From Octopus sinensis (Eukaryota): a stretch of 64,000 bases of DNA. Each line of letters opens with the position of its first letter. The first letter of the stretch is position 1. The stretch lies in contig NC_042998.1 of the NCBI RefSeq assembly GCF_006345805.1, forward strand, positions 202,988,001 through 203,052,000, written 5' to 3'. This document shows, one piece after another, positions 37,921 through 52,379 of this stretch. The position numbers were made by a program, and so were the translations under genes. The notes beneath the pieces were generated by a model. It was not told the origin of the DNA. It saw only the letters and a program-made list of their open reading frames with translations, and searched no databases.

Positions 37921-37922
<2 letters not shown>

Positions 37923-38274
37923 TACTCTTCAAAGAACCTTACTTTCAGACTAACATCTACACCCTGTAAAATATTCTGCAGCAAAACTGCGACAAATATA
38001 AAATAGCTTCAGCTGTGTTTGGGTTCCTCATGGAACGATTCAGTACGATTTCAGTAAACATAACACCGTATGTCAGTGTGGCGTATGTATATGTGTGTGT
38101 ACGCGGGCGTAGGCGTGCGTGCGTGTGTATGTATGTATGTATGTATGTATGTATGTATGTATGTATGTATGTATGTATGTATAAGCAAACTTTTAGATCA
38201 GTTCAGATATGTTTGGGACATAGCTGACTTCTAAAAACGCCATTTTCATGCGGTTTACCGAGGCGAAAATTCTC

Positions 38275-39232
38275 ACTTTAAACAACGGGTGTTAAAACAT
38301 CAACATTTATCTCTCAAGGCACCGTCCTTGGAACGATGAATTCATTTAAAGCTACTTGGCTATCATCAGTACAGGGTATCCTGAAATGATTTTGGAAGTC
38401 ATAGCTTCCTTATAAGAAATCAACAGAAAATATTTTGTGACTAAGTGCGATACCACCAGGTTAGAACAAAATAATTAATAAACACGCGAAAGCAGTGTTG
38501 TACACCAAACAAAGTTTTACATCACTTCAAATTCAGGTATATTTGACCTGTAAAAAGGTCATTTTTTCACTGCAGTTTGCTGAGAAAAAATTATCGCTTT
38601 AGGCAACAGTTGTTAAAACTCTAACAGTCATGTCAGGTTCTTATGGAAGCACTCCGTCGGTTACGACGACGAGGGTTCCGGTTGATCCGGATCAACGGAA
38701 CAGCCTGCTCGTGAAATTAACGTGTAAGTGGCTGAGTACTCCACAGACACGTGTACCCTTAACGTAGTTCTCGGGGATATTCAGCGTGACACAGCGAGTG
38801 ACAAGGCCGGCCCCTTGAAATACAGGTACAACAGAAACAGGAAGTAAGAGTGAGAGAAAGTTGTGGTGAAAGAGTACAGCAGGGATCACCACCATCCCCT
38901 GCCGGAGCCTCGTGGAGCTTTAGGTGTTTTCGCTCAATAAACACTCACAACGCCCGGTCTGGGAATCGAAACCGCGATCCTATGACCGCGAGTCCGCTGC
39001 CCTAACCATTGGGCCATTGCGCCTCCACTCATGTCAGGTTACCCTAATGGTAGATAGTCCCTATTGATTTTCCATAAGGAAGCTATGACTTTCACAATCA
39101 TTTCAGTTTTGTTTTTCTCAGCAACCGGCACTGATAATAGCTAATTAGCTTGAAATGCATTCATCGGTCCACAGAAAGTACTTTGGCATGACTATTGGTG
39201 TTTTAACACCAGTTGCCTAAAGTAAGAGTTCA
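38275..39232. repeat. Degenerate foldback element with ~155-170 bp inverted arms
   Basis: 38275-38428 matches the reverse complement of ~39061-39232 (e.g. AAGTCATAGCTTCCTTAT, GGTGTTAAAACA). Confidence 0.55.
38640..39028 (-). mobile_element. SINE family C, tail type 1
   Basis: 12-bp TSD TCATGTCAGGTT (38628-38639, 39029-39040). Confidence 0.9.
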
Positions 39233-39434
39233 AATCCTGCTACGGCACGCTTTCCCTCTCGTCTTTCTGGGATCGATGAAGTAAAGTAGTTGTCAAGTGC
39301 TAGAATCGATACAATCGATTTTCCCCCTCCTTTCAAAATTTTAGGCTTTATAACTCTGTTTTAATTTTTGTGCCAGATTATGGAAAAAAAAATTGAGACG
39401 CGAGAACAGTCTGGTAAACTAAACGGGCTCATCC

Positions 39435-41190
39435 GTCGTTGTCGACGATGACCAAGGACATCACGTGCGAGAAGAAGAGGAGGTCTTGTTTTTGCCTTTC
39501 TCACGTGTCTGGATTGATCTCAAAGCTTTACCGTGATGCTTTGAGTGTACCCTTGAAGCGCTTTCTCTGTCCACCATTTCGTGCGCTTACCTTCTGCCAG
39601 TTCACTGTCTTTTGGAAGCTGTGTGTCAAGCATCCGATAGCATGGCTGAGAATATCATGCTGAACAACGTAGGTGCGAGTGCACAGCGCTGCTTTACTCC
39701 GTCAATGACTGACAATGCATCGGAAGACTTCCTACTATCTCGTACATGTCGTATTGAATTTGTCCGAGCAGCCGAACTTGCCCATGAACTTCCAAAGCCC
39801 CTCATAACTAATGTTGTCAAAAGCCTTGGTTAAATCTACAAACGTCGTATTTAGGTCCCTGTTCTATTCCAGACATTTCTCTGAAGTTGGCGTGCGGCAA
39901 ATATTAAGTCGACTGTCCCACAGCCCTCTCTGAAATCACACTGATTTTCTGGCAGATGCCCGTCTCCCCATGTGTTGAGTCAGGCGGTTAAGGAAGATTT
40001 TTGCGAGCATCTTGCCAGTGATGACAAGGGGTGATATCCCTCGGTGGTTGTCACAAGACTGCCTTTTTCCCTTTCTCTTGTAGAGATGGACAATAGAAGC
40101 ATCCTTGAGCTCCTGGGGAACAACTTCCTGTTGCTACATGGTCTGAAAGATACTGGTGAGCTACTGTGTCAAAACTGGTCCCACTGTCTTGTATATTTCA
40201 GCTTGGATTGCATCAGAGCCAGGTGCCTTACCATTTGAGAGAGATCTTAAGTGCTTTCTGGACTTCTGCTGCTGTTAAAGGCTCTGCTAGAGGAGTGTTG
40301 ATGTCAACTCGGGGCATTTGAGCAATGGCCTCGGCCTTGATAGAGGAAACCCTATCCAGGACGTTGCTGAAGTGCTCTGCCCACCTTTCCGGGATTGTGT
40401 ATTTGCCAGTGATGTGCGCGATCCTGTCAGCACTGGTCAATCGTGATGTTCTGGAGGACTGTATCCCGTACAATGCTTTCAGGGAACTTCTAAACACTTG
40501 TTTAGAAGTGTTTAGATACTTCTAAACACTGATGTATTGTAGAAACACTTGGAGTCGTTGCTTTCAGCGTAATTCTGAATCTCATCCGCCTTGTTGCTTA
40601 GCTAGGAATCTTTCATCTCTCTCAGCTTTACTTGCACCTTGCTTTTAGTGGCGTTGTAGGCTGCTCTCTTGGAAGCTGATGTGCTGCTTTGTTGAGATAC
40701 TCTGTAGGTTTTACGCTTCTCATTGAGCAGCTTCTGAATTTTCTCATCGAAGTCATCGAAACAGTTTTGGTGTCTACGCATGTTCTGGCCCAGGTTAGTG
40801 AGTCTCTAAGCACCACCCAGTCCTCTTCTGCTCTCTTTGTATCAACGTTGAGTAAATTCAACTTGCTCTCCATCCAGGTCTTTGCAGAAGTTCTGTTTCA
40901 CACTGGGCCATTCCACTTTATTGATGTTTTGTCGCTTGTTTGCCGGCTTCCCTTGTAGTCGCTGCCTGAACTGGAAACAAAGGGTTTGTCATGTGCTGTT
41001 CAGGTCATCAACACTAGATAACCGTTGCTGTTGCTCTTGCTAACTCCGTTTCTCCCAATGACCTCCTCCCATGTCTGGTAGTTTACACCAACTCTGGCGT
41101 TTAAGTCATCGAGAACGACGAGCTTGTCACCCTAAGACACAACTGCTATGAGGGCTTCGAAATTTTCATAACACTTGTCCTCAACCTAAA
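39435..41190 (-). pseudogene. RTE (BovB-like) LINE relic with APE and RT fragments
   Basis: DKLVVLDDLNARVG...NSNG (endonuclease), GVKQRCALAPTLFSMIFSAMLSDA (RT) and GGQRKRFKGTLKAS (C-terminus); many stops and deletions. Confidence 0.85.
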
Positions 41191-41714
41191 CCAAAGTTAG
41201 CCGGATAAACTAACAACATCGTGATGTACTAGTCTACAAATTCTCAGAGTAGGTGTCTTTCCAACTGTCTGGAATTACATATTGGAAAGACTGATTGAAG
41301 CTACAACAGCCTTATACTACTATAATAATTTCCGATAACTTTTGCACAATGCATGTGTGCGCGCATCACGTGTGCATTTATTTGTGTTTGCGTGCGTGCG
41401 TGTGTGTATGCATGCATGTGCGTGCACGCGTGTGCACGGGAATATTAAAGAAATTTATCAGTAGGTGTGGGAATGTGTGTTATATCCATGTGTGTGTGTG
41501 TGCGTGCGTGCGTGTATGTGTGTGTGTGTGTTATGTACGCATGTATGTACGTATGTCCACACACACACACATATACATACACACACATACACACATACAC
41601 AAACATACACACACACATACACACACACATACATATATTTATGTATTCTCTTCCTCTTTTTAATTTAGAGTAAATTTTGACTCGGTAGTAAGGTTATGAA
41701 AGAAAGTATTTGAT

Positions 41715-43250
41715 TTAACCATCATCCTTTAAATCTTAAGAAGGTCTTACAAATATTTTTAGTCCCAGATATCGCGGTCATTTGTAGCGCGTAAATTAAG
41801 GATTTGCATTCTCTCCCGAAGATCCCAAGTTCAGCCATACTTTGCTCCAGGCGGGATGGTATATATCCTCTTGCTTCAAGAATAATTGGTATACAGCTGA
41901 AAGTGTATCTTGGGTTCTGGATTTGCAATTTCCTTATCAATGTTTCATAGATGTCCCCTTTCTCTTGTATTTTTCTAACCACATTCATGTCTCAGGGGCA
42001 GCTGATTTTCACAACAGGACATATTTTTTATTTGTGGTCCCATAGAACGACATTTGGCCGGTTGTATTTTAACTTGGTGACTCTTTTAATTTTCTAGTTC
42101 CATCAGTATTCTTTTGACCCATCGATCTCAATATGGTCAGTTCGTTTGAAGGTATTCTCTTTTTTGTTATCCTGTTCCATACCGTTCTGGCCACCGTATC
42201 ATGCATCATGGGCACATAAAAGGCGGTGAGCTGGCAGAAACGTTAGCACGCTGGACGAAATAGCCCCATTGTGGGCAATAAAGAAATAGTATCATGCATC
42301 ATGGGAAGATAATAACTGGAAGACATTCTCTCACAGTTATCAATAATGTAGTTGATGGCTCCAGTCTTGGTCTTGCACAGCCTACATCTGTTATCCATCA
42401 ACGTTTTCTGCCTTTTATGTTGCAGGGACATGGTGACAATCTCTTGTTCATGGGATGCATGGATACAACCTTCAACGTGGGATGTCATAAACTGTCGGTG
42501 CTTCATGCCAAGCTGTTGACGTCATCAATCCTTTATATGGTTTGTGTTTTACGTGCCAAGTATTCATGTACTATCTTCTCAGTGAACTGATGTATTTTTT
42601 TTTTCTGATGAATACATTTTAGATATGCACCTTGGGAAGAAATCTGTATCAGTTTTCAGTTCTTATTTCATGTCACTCATAAAGTTCATTAGCTATCCTA
42701 ATTATGTTCTTGGTTTCATGGTCACAAACTTGGACAAGATATGTTTCTTTATTAGCCACACAGGGCTGCTCACAGACGGGATAGAATACAAAGTAGAGCT
42801 TTTCTCTTTGGGGGAAAAAAAGTGGGGTAGGTTTTTTATCAAAAGGAATCGTAAAAGGGAAAGAATAAAAAGGGGTGGGCGAAAAAAAGAAAAAGAAAAA
42901 AAGCGATCAATAGGGATCGTGTATCACAGAAATTTGATGTAAAGTGTAAAGGGGGAAGCAGATAAGGTTTATCTGTGGAAAGAAAAGCCTACGGAAAAGG
43001 CCACGGTAACCTCGGTCAATAATGTTACATGTTACCACATTTGTTTGCAAGTAGGTAACCTTCTGTTTTAAATTTTTCCGGGTTCATAGGATTATGCTCA
43101 AGATGGCTTCGTTATTCATATGTGCCATCTTTAGGATAGCTACTGCTCTCTTTCCTCTGCTGCAGATGTTGTGTCAGAGTTACAATCCATGCTTCATATG
43201 ACATCAATGCAGATTTGAGACCACAGCCACCTTCCTTGCTTGAGAAGTAT
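41715..43250 (-). pseudogene. R4/Dong-like (REL-endonuclease) LINE relic with insertions
   Basis: SKEGGCGLKS, CRLCKTKTGAINYIIDNC...YYLPMMHD knuckle and C-terminal IPIILEARG...ISGTKNICKTFL; interrupted by a family A stub (~42222-42290) and an unclassified insert (~42735-43020). Confidence 0.75.
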
Positions 43251-43251
43251 A

Positions 43252-43289
<38 letters not shown>

Positions 43290-44860
43290 ATGTATGTATG
43301 TATGTATGTATGTATGTACGTATGTATGTATGTATGTACGTTTGTGTGTATGTATGTATGAATGTATGTATGTATGTATGTATGTATGTATGTATGTATG
43401 TATGTATGTATGTATGTATGTATGTATGTATGTATGAATGTATGTTTGTATGTATGAATTTATGTTTGTATGTATGTATGAATGTATGTTTGTATGTATG
43501 TATATATACAGATATGTATGTATGTATGTATGCATGTATGTTTGTATGTATTATGTAAGTATGTATGTATGTATGTATGCATGTATGTATGTATGTATGT
43601 ATGTGTGTGTGTATGTATGTATGTATTATGTAAGTATGTATGTATGCATGTATGTATGTATGTATATATACAGATATAAATGTATGAATGTATGTATGTA
43701 TGTATGTATGTATGTATGTATGTATGTATGTATGCATGTATGTCTGTATGCATGTATGTATGTATGTATGTATGTATGTATGCATGTATGCATGTATGTT
43801 TGTATGTATATATGTATGTATGTATGTATGTATATATACAGATATAAATGTATGTATGTATGTATGTATGTATGCATGTATGTCTGTATGCATGTATGTC
43901 TGTATGCATGTATGTCTGTATGTATGTATGTAAGTATTTATGTACGTAAGTGAGTATTTCTGTGGTTCACTCATTTTTCATATAAAGCATGAAAACATAT
44001 GCAGAGAGATGTGTATGTATGTGTCTGTAATGTTGGCTATCAAACTCTGCGTCGCGATGTATTTTCTCTAACAGACTTTATCATTTCATATAATTCATTC
44101 TGCTATATGTCTTGTGTACTCTGCTTGTGACTGCGTAAACACACACACACACGCACACACACACATACACACACATACAGATACATACACCCATACACAC
44201 ACACACAGACAAACACACACGTGTATTCATGCATGCATACATAAATATTTGTGTATGCAGTATAAATATATAGATATGAAATTACCGACAAATATAGACA
44301 TGTGCATTAATGTTTGTATGAATGGGTTAAATATACATAGATACATACAACCAAGTATGCACTTATGCATGTATGTATGTATGTATGTATGTATGTATGT
44401 ATATATGCATGTATGCATATATGTATGCATGTATGTATGTATGTATGTATGTATGTATGTATGTATGTATGCATGTATGTATGTATGTATGTATGTATGT
44501 ATGTAGTATGTATGTATGTATGCATGCATGTATGTATGTATGTATGTATGCATGTATGCATATATGTATGCATGTATGTATGTATGTATGTATGTATGTA
44601 TGTATGTATGTATGTATGTATGTATGTATGTATGCATGCATGTATGTATGTATGTATGTATGCATGTATGTATGTATGTGTGTGCGGGAATGTGAGTGTC
44701 TTCCCCAATCATGGACAGCAATATACGAGGAATTTTGCTGTCAACTTTAGCATTATTTTCAGGAAGATTAATTCTTAGAGATATCTATGCATATGTGTGT
44801 GTGTATATATGTATATGCCTTTGTGTGCCTTTATACGAGACTGGCAGTACATATGTCCGC

Positions 44861-44951
<91 letters not shown>

Positions 44952-45247
44952 CATATATACATATATATATACATATATATATATATATACATATTTATAT
45001 ATATATATACATATATATACATATAAATATATGTATGTATATATATGTATGTATGTATGTATACATATATGTATGCATGTACATAATATATATGTATGCA
45101 TGTACATAAATACATATATATATATATATATACATATATATATACACATATTTATATATATATATACATATATATACATATACATATATGTATGTATGTA
45201 TATATGTATATATATATGTATGTATATATATGTATGCATGTACATAA

Positions 45248-45290
<43 letters not shown>

Positions 45291-45350
45291 TAGATAGATA
45301 GATATAAGTGTGAGCGCCCGTGTGTGTGCGTGCATCTGTGTGTGCGTGCA

Positions 45351-45396
<46 letters not shown>

Positions 45397-45400
45397 ACCT
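43250..45400. repeat. Large (TCTG)n/(TATG)n/(TA)n/(TG)n microsatellite block
   Basis: Direct reading; explains all MYVC/HTYI/YI ORFs here. Confidence 0.95.
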
Positions 45401-45944
45401 GTTCATGTCCAGCAATATATTAAGATATTACCTGTCAACTTCTATATTATCCCAAGGGGGATGATGTGTGCATACATGTCTGCATAGGTAAGTCTTATGA
45501 GACTGCGCATATAAGTGCATGTTCATATGCATATATACGTATGTGCATGCGCGCGCATGTAAGCATGTGCGTGCGTTCGTGTGTTTATATATTCAATCTA
45601 TTCAGCTGCCACAATATTCTGGTGTATTAACTGTCATCCATGATATTATCTCCAGGAAAATATTGAAACAAAAACATAAACACATAAACTAAAACATATA
45701 TATACACATAAAGCTAAAATTCAATATATTGTTCTTAACCTGGGATTGAACCTTCAATACATGTATTTACAAGCTTTTATTGTTTTTGTTTTGTTTTTTT
45801 GTTTTTCAGCAAAGTTATTATATGGGCTAATACAAATATTACTCTCATCCGAGTGGAATAACAAAAATATGAGAATCCACTACGATACGAACCCACATCT
45901 TCCCACTAATACATACGTTATGTGATGATTATATTACGGGTACT

Positions 45945-46802
45945 AAAGGCGGCGAGCTGGCAGAAACGTTAGCACGCCGGGCAAAATGCTCAGCGGTATT
46001 TCGCCTGTCGTTACGTTCTGAGTTCAAATTCCGCCGAGATCGACTTTGCCTTTCATCCTTTCGGGGGGCGATATAATCGACTTAATCTGTCTGTCTGTCC
46101 TTGTTTGTCCCCTCTGTGTTTAGCCCCTTGTGGGTAGTAAAGAAAAAGAAACGTTAGCACGCCGGGTGAAATGCGTAGCCGTATTTCGTCTGCCGTTACG
46201 TTCTGAGTTCAAGTTCCGCCGAGGTCGACTTTGCCTTTCATCCTTTCGGGGTCGATAAATTAAGTACCAATTACGCTCTGGGGTCGATATATAATCGACT
46301 TAATCCGTTTGTCTGTCCTTGTTTGTCCCCTCTGTGTTTAGCCCCTTGTGGTAGTAAAGAAAAAGAAACGTTAGCACGCCGGGTGAAATGCGTAGCCGTA
46401 TTTCGTCTGCCGTTACGTTCTGAGTTCAAGTTCCGCCGAGGTCGACTTTGCCTTTCATCCTTTCGGGGTCGATAAATTAAGTACCAATTACGCTCTGGGG
46501 TCGATATATAATCGACTTAATCCGTTTGTCTGTCCTTGTTTGTCCCCTCTGTGTTTAGCCCCTTGTGGGTAGTAAAGAAAAAGAAACGTTAGCACGCCGG
46601 GTGAAATGCGTAGCCGTATTTTGTCTGTCGTTACGTTCTGAGTTCAAGTTCCGCCGAGGTCGACTTCGCCTTTCATCCTTTCGGGGTCGATAAATTAAGT
46701 ACCAGTTACGCACTGGGGTCGATATATAATCGACTTAATCCGTTTGTCTATCCTTGTTTGTCCCCTCTGTGGTTAGCCCCTTGTGGGTAGTAAAGAAATA
46801 TG
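45945..46802 (+). mobile_element. SINE family A tetramer
   Basis: Units restart at 46147, 46364 and 46582 (217-218 bp period); 13-bp TSD TATTACGGGTACT (45932-45944, 46803-46815). Confidence 0.95.
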
Positions 46803-47968
46803 TATTACGGGTACTTATTACATGCTTATCAGTACATAACGGGTACTCAACAAAAGTTGTCTGCTAGCAGAGAAATTAAACTAAATACTCTTAAACGCTT
46901 AATATTGTTCCTTCACCCCACCCCCAACAAACCACCCACCCACCACCACCACCACCACTACTTCCCCACTATCACCATTCTGTGCTGCCATATTATTACC
47001 ATTACCGATTATCATTTCAAAGGAAATTCTTGAAAGATGCATAAGAAACCCTAAATATTTTTATCACCACTATACATGAAACCTTTATATTTACAGAATC
47101 CTGAAATAAAGCTCTGTTTTTGGATAATAGACACAGAATATTAATACTCTGGGGGAGACCGCTTTTGCACGCGAGTTTAATTCCAAAGAATTCTTTAGAA
47201 ATTCTGTATGACAGGACATTGCAATTACGGAGGGGATTTTGTTAAGTGATTAGATTATAGAAGCACAGCAAGACACGCGGATCCATTAAGACGACAGAAT
47301 GGGTTTAGGAAACTTCAATTTTCTAGGCGATATGGAAGAAGAAAAGAGGCACAGCTTGTGAAGTTGGTGTATTACAAAACATTTGCTACAATGTCAAGTC
47401 ATGCATGATGAAGATAATCATGTCAGGGGGAAAATTTTGCGATAACATTGATTCTTAACATAGATACCATGTCTCAGGTTTAACAGGCGGCGTTAAATGA
47501 AATTATGTAAGCGTCATTCTTTATGCAAACGAATGCTTCTCAACTTCACACTCACTCGTTTCCCCATCAATCACAGCTAACATGGTGAAACGATTATTAA
47601 TGACCACCTTTTATACAATTCAATGCAACTTCCAATCCCTTCCATAGCTATAAAGAGCACAGTTTCAGCAAAACTTGTTCCACTACTGTCCCACGCCACA
47701 TACCAGTCATCTATTTTATCTTCGAGCATGATTATTGTTCTTAACAAACAATAAGATACTTCATGCCAGTTGAGAGAATCGTCGAGCAAAACTGACATTC
47801 CGATGAGGCAATCTCATTAGTCCGTCACTTTATCATAGTGAATGTTAATAGATCTCTCGCAGTCCTACAACCTATCGAATACTTTTATGTTCGAAACTCA
47901 GATATTTCTGTCGCAATCTTTTTTCTTGACATTAACTGTCTGTTTGATATGAAACCGAACAATGCGTA

Positions 47969-47992
47969 TAATAATAATAATAATAATAATAA

Positions 47993-48023
<31 letters not shown>

Positions 48024-48102
48024 AAGAAGAAGAAGAAGAAGAAGAAGAAGAAGAAGAAGAAGAAGAAGAAGAAGAAGAAGAAGAAGAAGAAGAAGAAGAA
48101 GA
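47969..48102. repeat. (AAT)8 then (AAG)~36 at the 5' junction of the R4/Dong element
   Basis: Direct reading. Confidence 0.95.
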
Positions 48103-50087
48103 AAGGCCTCAGTATGGCCTGGTTTGACTACAAAAAGGCGTTTGATAGCATCCCCCACACATGGATCCTCGAAACACTAGCCATTAACAAAGTAGCACCA
48201 ACAATCATAAAATTCATAGAGCACTCTATGAATAAATGGCAAACAGTCCTACACCTCCAAACAAAAGAGGGACTCATGAAAACCAAAGACATCCCCATTA
48301 GAAGAGGAATATTCCAGGGAGACACGCTCTCTCCACTCCTTTTCTGCTTGGCACTGTCACCTCTATCTGATATGCTAAATAGAACTGGATGCGGATATAA
48401 ATGTTACGGCAAAACGATCAGCCACCTTTTATATATGGATGACCTAAAACTATACGCTGCAAATGACAAACAGCTGGAAACACTATTAAAGACAGTTCAT
48501 AGATTTACCAAAGAAATAGAAATGAATTTGGATTAGAAAAATGCGCCAAAGTAACCATGAAAAGAGGAAAACTAGTTAAGAGTAACAACATCACACTAGA
48601 TAAAACCAATGAAATAAAAGAATTAGACCAAAGCCAAACTTACAAATACTTAGGAATCCATGAACTAGATAAGACACAACACACACAAATGAAAGAGAAA
48701 ATAAAAAAAGAATATTATAGACGAGTTAGATCAATACTAAAAACAGAGCTTAATGCTAAAAACAAGATAATAGGTATCAACACTTTAGCTGTCCCAGTTA
48801 TAAGTTACAGCTACAATATCCTTAACTGGACACGAAATGAACTGTCCAAAATAGATAGGAAAACAAGAAAAATAATGACAGGATCTAGGATGCATCACCC
48901 AAAATCTGACATAGAAACACTATATATACAACGTATAGAAGGTGGTAGAGGCCTTATACAGCTGGAAAACTACTATAAAATAACCACCATAGGACTGCAA
49001 AAATACCTACTTCAGAAGGAAGGAAAACTGATCCAGATAGCAGCAAAACACGAGCAAAACAAAAAACTGTTCTCAGTATTTAAGGAAGCTGACAAATACA
49101 AACAAGAAATCATACCACCTAATAAACACAAAGAAGAAGAAGAAGATGATGAAGAAACAACAAAAGCTATAAAACAAATGAAATCCAAACTAAAAATAGA
49201 ACAGCAACGAGCCATGATAAAACGATGGCAAGAAAAGCCCCTTCATGGTAAATACTGCACTAAACTAAACGCAAAAGAAATAGACAAAGAAAAATCCCAG
49301 CAATGGTTGAGAAGCTCAGGACTCAAAGCAGAAACAGAGGGATTTTTAATTGCAGCACAAGACCAAAGCCTCCCCACCAGAAATTACCAAAAACATGTAA
49401 TGAAAAGAAATATTACAAGTAACTGCAGAATATGTGGAGATGGACAAGAAACAATAAATCATATTATCTCTAGCTGCCCAGTCCTGGCTAAGAAGGAATA
49501 TATTCACAGACATGACAGAGTTGGAACCTACATACATTGGAAGCTATGCCAACATTATGGAATAACAACAGAAAAAAGATGGTATAGGCACACACCAGAA
49601 AAGGTCACAGAAAACGAGAAAGCAACCATACTCTGGGATATGCCGATACACACAGATAGAGAAATTAAGGCCAACAGACCAGATATAGTTGTCAGAGATC
49701 ATGAAGAAAAAAAATGCTTTCTAATTGATGTATCAATACCGGCAGATGACAACGTGTCTCTAAAAGAAATGGAGAAACTCTCAAAATACAAAGACCTGGA
49801 AATAGAGGTAACTAGAATGTGGAACCTGAAAACAGAAACAATTCCTATCATAGTAGGTGCATTAGGCATGATAAAAAAATATTCAGACAAATACATAACA
49901 AAAACACCAGGACTTACAAACACATATAACATACAGAAAATTGCACTACTAGGCACTGCACACATCCTACGCAGAACACTTTCCATACAATAACCATCAG
50001 AGCATCACAACAAATCACAGCACATACCCAAGGCACACAGAGCTGCGCTCGGTAGTGAAGTGAAAGCACGCTATAAAAATAAAACTA

Positions 50088-50090
<3 letters not shown>
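48103..50090 (+). mobile_element. R4/Dong-type non-LTR retrotransposon, 5'-truncated, RT plus REL endonuclease, one frameshift
   Basis: AWFDYKKAFDSIPH, GIFQGDTLSPLLF, HLLYMDDLKLY; CRICGDGQETINHIISSC...HRHD knuckle; RPDIVV...LIDVSIP...KY nuclease; -1 shift at ~48526; stop at 49993; ends in (AAT)n. Confidence 0.95.
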
Positions 50091-50126
<36 letters not shown>

Positions 50127-50128
<2 letters not shown>

Positions 50129-50716
50129 AATTATTGTATACAGTGCTCAGGTGCACCACAACTTGTTAAAAGTGCGTATAAAACGTATGCAGTAATGTAC
50201 AAATGTCTGAAAAGTGAACAGTGTACGAGTCAGATACATGCTTGCGAGTGTATGGAGGGGAGAAAATCAGGTGTAGTGTTGGCGAATCTCAGGAAGCATG
50301 GAAGTTTTGAAGGATGCAGTGCTCCAACAACTAACAACTGATGCCGGCAGTTTGTTCCATGTTTCAGCAACTCTTAGCATGAAAAAATGTTTCCGAAAGT
50401 CATGGGAGCTGTGCTGTTTTCTGACTTTGTAAACATGCCCATGGGTGTTAGACAGATGGAGTTTGAAAAGGTGCTCAGAGTTATTGTTTGTAAGATGGCT
50501 AATAATTTTATGGGTGTCTGCCAAGTCAGCTGCCAGACGTCGGAGTTTCAATGTATCCATGCCCAGGGAAGTAAGGCGTTCAGAATATGGCAAATGCCTG
50601 ATGGAGGGTGTTCTCTTGGTTGCACGTCGCTGAACGGCTTCCAGACGATTAATATCCTGGGCAAGATAGGGGTTCCAAACCGGTGATACAAATTCCAGGT
50701 GAGGTCGCATGCAATG
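50127..50716 (-). mobile_element. CR1-type LINE 3' end
   Basis: RPHLEFVSPVWNPYL..DINRLEAVQRRATK...LRRLAADL...RVAETWNKLP; 3' end runs into (ATT)n. Confidence 0.9.
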
Positions 50717-51461
50717 GCGTGGTTTTGTAGGGAAAAATGACAAGGGAAAAGTGACCAGAAAAAGAATTGGAGCTTTTGACTGTAAGAAAAAGAGTGGGGT
50801 GGAATAATAGGGGCTCGTTTGAGTAAAAACAGATTTATATTTTTACAAAATTTCAAGATGGAATAGCAGATGGAAGTGTTCAACCATCTCAATGATATCT
50901 CTCGTGGAAACAGATGTTAATAAACTCGATTACAATTTAGAAGTGAAAAGCAAAAAAAAAGTGTAACTATAGCTTAAAACAACAGTAAACACCTCAAGTC
51001 AAAAATCCGAAATGAAATCTTAGTTATACACGTAAATAAATAAAAAATCTATAATGCTGTAACAATAGACAGTAAATTCTGTCTTGTGTCATCTTGATAA
51101 CATCTCAGTCAGGGGCTGCAGATTTGGAAAGCTTATACAAAATCAAAAAGTAATTTGATACGTCAGTTATTTACAAACGCCATCTGCTCTATTATCTAGA
51201 TAGAGAATTCTCGATGTTTATAACGCTGATACAACACAAATCCAACATTCACCAGAATATCTACATATATTGGAACTCTGAAAGTTTATCATACTAACTA
51301 TACAGTTTGGCAGAAATAACTGTTTCATTAATTAGTTCATTGATCAAATGTTGATAAGCTATGCATACAAACCAATGTATAGCAATGAGCTAGTTCCTCT
51401 GGTCGTCTGAAACGATTGTAATTTTGCATAAACTTTTGTAACAACATTTTTCATTCTTAAT

Positions 51462-51533
<72 letters not shown>

Positions 51534-51967
51534 GAAAGCTATGGGCTCCGTGTGGGCAGTCATCTAAAAGTTTTTGTTCATCTTGATGCTGACATAAGTT
51601 CCTTGTTTTTCCTGATGAGAAGGCGGCATAATGCATAAGAGGGTTGGGTTAACGGTTCAGTAAACAACTGAAACAAAACTGTAAACAGTAGCAAAAACCA
51701 CAAAGACCCATTTTCTGTAAAATGTCAGTCTCTTGTACCAGTTTCCTACTACTGGTCCCTTCCTAGTGCCTTCCCCTAATGCAGTTTGCCTACAGCTATG
51801 GTGAAAATTTCCAGGTCATGTATGTATGTATGTGCGTGCGCATACATGTATATATGTATGCGTGTACCACCGACACACTCGTACCCTCGACACACACACA
51901 CGCATACACTTACATATATGCATTCTTACGTATATTTATGTCAGTGTACGTAAGTGTGCATGTATAC

Positions 51968-52183
51968 ACTCTTTTACTCTTTTACTTGTTTCAGTCATTT
52001 GACTGCGGCCATGCTGGAGCACCGCCTTTAGTCGAGCAAATCGACCCCCGCAGGACTTATTCTTTTTGTAAGCCCAGTACTTATTCTATCGGTCCCTTTT
52101 GCCGAACCGCTAAGTGACGGGGACGTAAACACACCAGCATCGGTTGTCAAGCAATGCTAGGGGGGACAAACACAGACACACAA

Positions 52184-52216
<33 letters not shown>

Positions 52217-52379
52217 CATATATGCGACGGGCTTCTTTCAGTTTCCGTCTACCAAATCCACTCACAAGGCATTGGTCGGCCCGGGGCTATAGCAGAAGAC
52301 ACTTGCCCGAGGTGCCACGCAGTTGGACTGAACCCGGAACCATGTGGTTGGTTAGCAAGCTACTTACCACATAGCCACT
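51968..52379 (-). mobile_element. SINE family B
   Basis: Full structure, reverse orientation. Confidence 0.9.

Noticed and set aside
51610-51690. CTGATGAG...GAAAC next to (TA)n as a hammerhead
   Set aside because: The only hairpin overlaps GAAA and there is no NUH or stem I.
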